Positions 60,171 to 64,000 of a stretch of DNA of 64,000 bases are shown here, in pieces. The notes under the pieces are model-generated. The model did no database searches and was not told the origin of the DNA. It saw nothing but the letters and a program-made list of their open reading frames with translations. Both the position numbers and the translations under genes were made by a program. Origin of the DNA: Maribacter sp. (GTDB taxonomy: Bacteria; Bacteroidota; Bacteroidia; Flavobacteriales; Flavobacteriaceae); contig NZ_JBDWJN010000012.1 of assembly GCF_039974175.1 (NCBI RefSeq), forward strand, positions 60,724-124,723, in the 5' to 3' direction. Each line of letters starts with the position of its first letter. Within the stretch, counting starts at the first letter, position 1.

Positions 60171-60184
60171 TTTATTTGAACTTT
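60171..60184 (-). repeat. Junction motif copy (TTTATTTGAACTTT; 14/14)
   Basis: Lies in the 28-nt gap between stop 60187 and ATG 60158. Confidence 0.8.
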
Positions 60185-60186
60185 TA

Positions 60187-60909
60187 TTAACTAAACAGTC
60201 TAGCAAAAAAACCTTTCTTCTTTTTCTTAATCACCCAAATCAATTCATTTGGATGTCGTTTGGTTAAATTATTAGGTCCAAATTTCCCCCAAGCAAATCC
60301 ATCTTTATTCTTTGCTTTTCTCATATCCGCAACTACCCACTCGTTTCCTTCAAATTCGCTCAGAAACTTATTAAATTCTTTGTTGCTAAGTACAAAGGCC
60401 TCTTTTTCAAAAATAGAACCGCCGCTTGACCAAATGTCAAATACAACTTTGTCATGTATTTCGTTCAGATAGTTTTCTGATGGAGATTCATAAAACTCAA
60501 TCAAACCGTTTAGAAACTCATTTAGAGTATCTGAATACTTTACAAAAACAGCTGGGTCATGACATGCATAGTATACTTGCCCAAGGGTTCCGTCGTCCAA
60601 AATATCTAGTATCCAAAAATTACCAAATCCATCATGGCCAAGAGTTATAGAGTTTGGAGATAATTCTAAAAATCCGAATTGACCTATTGATGAAAAATCA
60701 ACTTGCTCCAAACCGTATCCTTCCCATCCTCTTGTCTCCTTCAATATCTCGACAAGCTCGATATCAATAATGTTGCTTGGAAATAAGTTTGAAAGGTCTT
60801 TAACTTCAGAATCAGTTAATCCTGCTTGGAAGTCGAGATCGTATTCTTCCCCATCTTCATCCGTAAAGGTTGCTCCTCTTAACTTTTTAATGATTTCGAG
60901 ATTTTTCAT
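60187..60909 (-). CDS. SMI1/KNR4 (SUKH-1) family protein
   Basis: GHDGFGNFWILDILDDGTLGQVYYACHD core typical of SUKH; ATGA overlap with the upstream gene. Confidence 0.7.
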   Translation of the reverse strand: MKNLEIIKKLRGATFTDEDGEEYDLDFQAGLTDSEVKDLSNLFPSNIIDIELVEILKETRGWEGYGLEQVDFSSIGQFGFLELSPNSITLGHDGFGNFWILDILDDGTLGQVYYACHDPAVFVKYSDTLNEFLNGLIEFYESPSENYLNEIHDKVVFDIWSSGGSIFEKEAFVLSNKEFNKFLSEFEGNEWVVADMRKAKNKDGFAWGKFGPNNLTKRHPNELIWVIKKKKKGFFARLFS

Positions 60910-63404
60910 CTATTAATTTGGCTAATTATTGTCCTATCCTTGATTTTCGTGTCTTCAGCTAACATGAATGCCTTACTTAAAATGACCGATAGGGTAGTAT
61001 CTCCTTCAAAAGGCAAGAATACATTATCCTTACTCTTAGATCTATCAGCTACAATACACAAATATTGATCATTTGGCTTCATTAAGATATTACCACTACC
61101 CATATGAATTTTGTAAATTCTTAAACTCCCCTTTACAACAAGAAAATTGCCTTCGAAAGAGCATTGACCAGCAATCTTTAGTTTGGGAATAATATTTTCA
61201 AGAAGTTTCTTTCTCTCCTTTCCACTAATGGCAAGATCTCCAAATGAAAAGTCAGACCAATATCCATGAAATCTTTCTTCTCCGCCATCTCTCCAGTTCG
61301 GGTCCGCACCAATGCTTGTAACACCAACAAAGAGGTCAACATCTCTCATTGCTTCTGAAAAAACAATAGCTGGAACATTAGCCATATCGACTTGACTTTC
61401 TTCATCATAAAACCGTACTTGATCCGTTTGCAAATAATTGAAAATAGCTGATTCATTTGCAGATCCTTCAACACCATCTGCCCAAAATTCTATGCTATAT
61501 TTCCAAGCAGGTATTTTTAAAGTAGGCGTATTATGAGAGTCCCACTGACCTTGAAGGGTATACCCCCATCCACGCTCTCTACAAAGGGCGATAAAAATAT
61601 GCTGTCTTAAAATATGTGCAGCAAACCGATTAGAATAACTGTTTGTGTTTTTCTCTGCATCGGTGACAATATATAGTTCACGGTGTGCTTGCTTGAATGG
61701 CTGTTTTACTTCATTCGTCTCTAACCAGTTCCGCCAAGATTGGACTTCTTCTACTGAAGCGTTTACCGGGTGCCATAATTCAACTTTGGCGTTTTCAAAA
61801 CTTTCTAAGATTACTCCATTATAGCTTACAAACTCATTGCTTCTAAAAATAGCGCTGGTAGTCTTGTTGTCTATCGTAAAACTCCAAATCAGTTTCGTGC
61901 CAAAAAAACCTAAAAGCTTATTTTCTATATAGAGTTTTTTCCATTGGTCATACTCCCATTCTCGTTTGCCTAAAAAAATCTTTTCTATTCTGCTTTTTTG
62001 GGCAGTTAGATTTGATTGAATGTCTTTTATTTTTTTCTTAAAATCTTTTAATTCCTCAGGATAATTATCCTTTACATATTTGGGAATCGACTTAATTTGT
62101 TTGCCTTTATCGTTTTGCCATAGTAAACTAAAAGTAGAGCTATTTACAATTACTCCTAACCCTATGTAATTACCAAAATTTTGAATTAATTGGTAGTTGG
62201 CATCTAAGCCAAAATCTTGAACGGCAAGTTCTTCAATCTCATCCATGGTTTTTCCCTCGGCTTTGGCGACTCTGCCGATAGCCTTACCAATGGTGTTTCT
62301 TACCGATGGGTATTTGATTTTCATTCTAAATTTTGTGAGTCGAGAGATGCCATCTTGGTACGGTAGTTTTGAAAAAGCATAAATACAACCATTACCAAGT
62401 TTTACACTGACTGCACCGTGACCTGATAGTTTTTTAAAGCTCCATAATCCTAAATCTTCAATAGATTGATTTAAATCTTTATCATTAATAAGAGCTCCAC
62501 TCCAAACTGCCGCCCTTAATAATTGAAGGTTCTCATCAGAAACAAAACGAAATTCGTAGCTCCTATCCTTATGTATCTTTTGGAATATGCCGATGATTGC
62601 TTCAATCCATAAAATGAAATTTTTTGACAATTCTTTCTTACCAATATTTTCTATTTGTGTATCAGAAGACTTTAGCCAAGAAATGGTAGGTGTACTTTTT
62701 TCGCTTCCCTTTGCGAAATGCTTTAAAAGGTTTTGAAAGAGAAGTTGCTTATCTGTTTTAAAAGAACGAATCGTGCTATCAATACTTTTTCCTAATTTAT
62801 CTCTTGTATCAATAGAGAATTCGGTAGGTTTTTGTCTAATGCTCTTTATGCGCTTAAGAATTTTTTGTTCATCAGAATAGATATAGTTCCGTTTTGAAAT
62901 TGCGCTTTTAATTACAACTAAACATTGATTTAAGGTAGAATTAAGTCCTTCTTCTTGAGACCTTTGTTGTATTTTACTAAGAATTGGATTAAACGGCCAT
63001 TCAGAAATATGAAAATAACCTCTTTTCTTAGAGACAAATCCCTTAACAAGATCTAGCAACTCTTCATCGCTAAAACTTAATTCAGAAGACCTTACCGACA
63101 GACTCAATGTTCTAGACCATATATCTTTTACCCAATAGGAAGAATTTGCCCATGGCCCGCCGTCATTTGCAAGTCCGTTTTTATTATTGATTAATGCAAA
63201 AATGAATTCTTTTTTAAACTCTTCTGGTTTGTTTTTAAGTTCCTTGTACTTAGTTACCCTAGTTAGTTTTACACTATAGTCCTCCCTCTTTTCAAGGGCC
63301 TCTTCGGTAAAATCTTTTAAAAATTTACGTACGTCATCACTCACATGGAAAGTAGCCTTTTGCTCTTTTTCATACCCAAATAATTTTTTAAAAGCATCTA
63401 ACAT
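60906..63404 (-). CDS. DUF4132-domain protein (MolR/YehI-like), 832 aa
   Basis: C-terminal third carries the KQPFKQAHRELY... block I associate with DUF4132; N-terminal about 500 aa unassigned. Confidence 0.65.
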   Translation of the reverse strand: MLDAFKKLFGYEKEQKATFHVSDDVRKFLKDFTEEALEKREDYSVKLTRVTKYKELKNKPEEFKKEFIFALINNKNGLANDGGPWANSSYWVKDIWSRTLSLSVRSSELSFSDEELLDLVKGFVSKKRGYFHISEWPFNPILSKIQQRSQEEGLNSTLNQCLVVIKSAISKRNYIYSDEQKILKRIKSIRQKPTEFSIDTRDKLGKSIDSTIRSFKTDKQLLFQNLLKHFAKGSEKSTPTISWLKSSDTQIENIGKKELSKNFILWIEAIIGIFQKIHKDRSYEFRFVSDENLQLLRAAVWSGALINDKDLNQSIEDLGLWSFKKLSGHGAVSVKLGNGCIYAFSKLPYQDGISRLTKFRMKIKYPSVRNTIGKAIGRVAKAEGKTMDEIEELAVQDFGLDANYQLIQNFGNYIGLGVIVNSSTFSLLWQNDKGKQIKSIPKYVKDNYPEELKDFKKKIKDIQSNLTAQKSRIEKIFLGKREWEYDQWKKLYIENKLLGFFGTKLIWSFTIDNKTTSAIFRSNEFVSYNGVILESFENAKVELWHPVNASVEEVQSWRNWLETNEVKQPFKQAHRELYIVTDAEKNTNSYSNRFAAHILRQHIFIALCRERGWGYTLQGQWDSHNTPTLKIPAWKYSIEFWADGVEGSANESAIFNYLQTDQVRFYDEESQVDMANVPAIVFSEAMRDVDLFVGVTSIGADPNWRDGGEERFHGYWSDFSFGDLAISGKERKKLLENIIPKLKIAGQCSFEGNFLVVKGSLRIYKIHMGSGNILMKPNDQYLCIVADRSKSKDNVFLPFEGDTTLSVILSKAFMLAEDTKIKDRTIISQINR

Positions 63405-63407
63405 AGA

Positions 63408-63800
63408 CTATCCTCCAACTAATTGCGTAAGTTTTACAAAACTAATCGCTGTTGTTTTACCTACTAAAACCTCTTGTTCTAAGTCTTCAGCTTGTTGATT
63501 ATTTATAAGTATGAAATACCCATTCTTTTGAAAGGCATCTAAAGCAGTCCAGATTTGTTTTTCTACATCGATTTTCTTTTCCCTTCTCTTTAGCCGAAAC
63601 CCATTTAAAGTCTTCTCCGCTTCAGAAGGTTGAATAAGTCCTTTAAAATATTCAGGTAGTTTTTCATTGTAGGATTTCACCTCAGAAGCTACACGGGCGG
63701 CAATAAGGTCTTTGACCGTGGTACGTTCGTTTTGAACTGCAATCTCTATTTCATTTAAAATATCTCCTGAGAAGGTGGCATCTTTTATAGTAATAACCAT
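63408..63800 (-). CDS. ThiS/MoaD-like beta-grasp candidate ending in Gly-Gly (130 aa, with an internal insert)
   Basis: N-terminal VITIKD...ERTTVKDLIAARV and C-terminal ILINNQQ...VGKTTAISFVKLTQLVGG-stop mimic the ThiS/MoaD pattern; 3-nt gap to the DUF4132 gene. Confidence 0.5.
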   Translation of the reverse strand: MVITIKDATFSGDILNEIEIAVQNERTTVKDLIAARVASEVKSYNEKLPEYFKGLIQPSEAEKTLNGFRLKRREKKIDVEKQIWTALDAFQKNGYFILINNQQAEDLEQEVLVGKTTAISFVKLTQLVGG

Positions 63801-63918
63801 ATCATATTTTTCTTGAATGTATTCATTTTTTGACTTTCTACGATAATTTCTCGATGAGATTAATTTAAATCCTAGTAATTGACAGCTTTTACCAATTTCT
63901 TTGTAATTCGTTTTAAAA

Positions 63919-64000
63919 TCAAAACTTCAAACTCCCAACCTCAAGTTCATCTTCTTCTTTGTCAAGTCTTACAACCGTTATTTTACGTTCTTCATTTGGC
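63919..64000 (-). CDS. 3' end of a further minus-strand ORF truncated by the window edge
   Basis: Open frame ...PNEERKITVVRLDKEEDELEVGSLKF-stop (TGA at 63919-63921); only 26 codons are visible. Confidence 0.3.
   Translation of the reverse strand, partial: PNEERKITVVRLDKEEDELEVGSLKF

Noticed and set aside
59827-60267. 146-aa plus-strand ORF overlapping the lipocalin-like and SUKH genes
   Set aside because: It is antisense to two coupled minus-strand genes. In AT-rich DNA, long spurious ORFs are expected.

Overview
This 64-kb window looks like chromosomal DNA from a Flavobacteriia-type (Bacteroidota) bacterium. That is inferred from gene content, many lipoprotein signal peptides, TAnnTTTG-like -7 boxes and short leaders; it is not a database hit. 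From 1 to about 28.3 kb there is dense, higher-GC housekeeping DNA: arfB, asd, mscL, alr, tdk, rsmI, recJ, lpxH, queD, prolyl oligopeptidase, transporters and stress enzymes. It ends at a tRNA-Ala(GGC). Directly after the tRNA (28.7-33.3 kb) sits a putative metal-handling envelope module: two paralogous His-rich CELC membrane proteins, an acidic lipoprotein, a DUF5916/CBM9-like outer-membrane protein, a small lipoprotein and a MerC-like protein. From 33.8 to 43.7 kb come regulators, exported hydrolases, a secreted DRGH nuclease and a nucleoside hydrolase. Two strongly AT-rich accessory stretches follow (about 44.2-52.4 kb and 58.2-64 kb). They hold minus-strand strings of orphan genes whose junctions share a repeated motif (plus-strand TTTATTTGAACTTT). 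The best candidate for a novel system is the minus-strand operon at 58.5-64 kb: a ThiS/MoaD-like beta-grasp protein ending in Gly-Gly, a translationally coupled 832-aa DUF4132 protein, a SUKH/SMI1-KNR4 protein, a lipocalin-like protein, a YjaG/DUF416-like protein and a PhyH dioxygenase. The operon is cut by the window edge. I saw no CRISPR array, rRNA, transposase or integrase. All calls come from reading the sequence and ORF translations and recalling family motifs; no searches were run.
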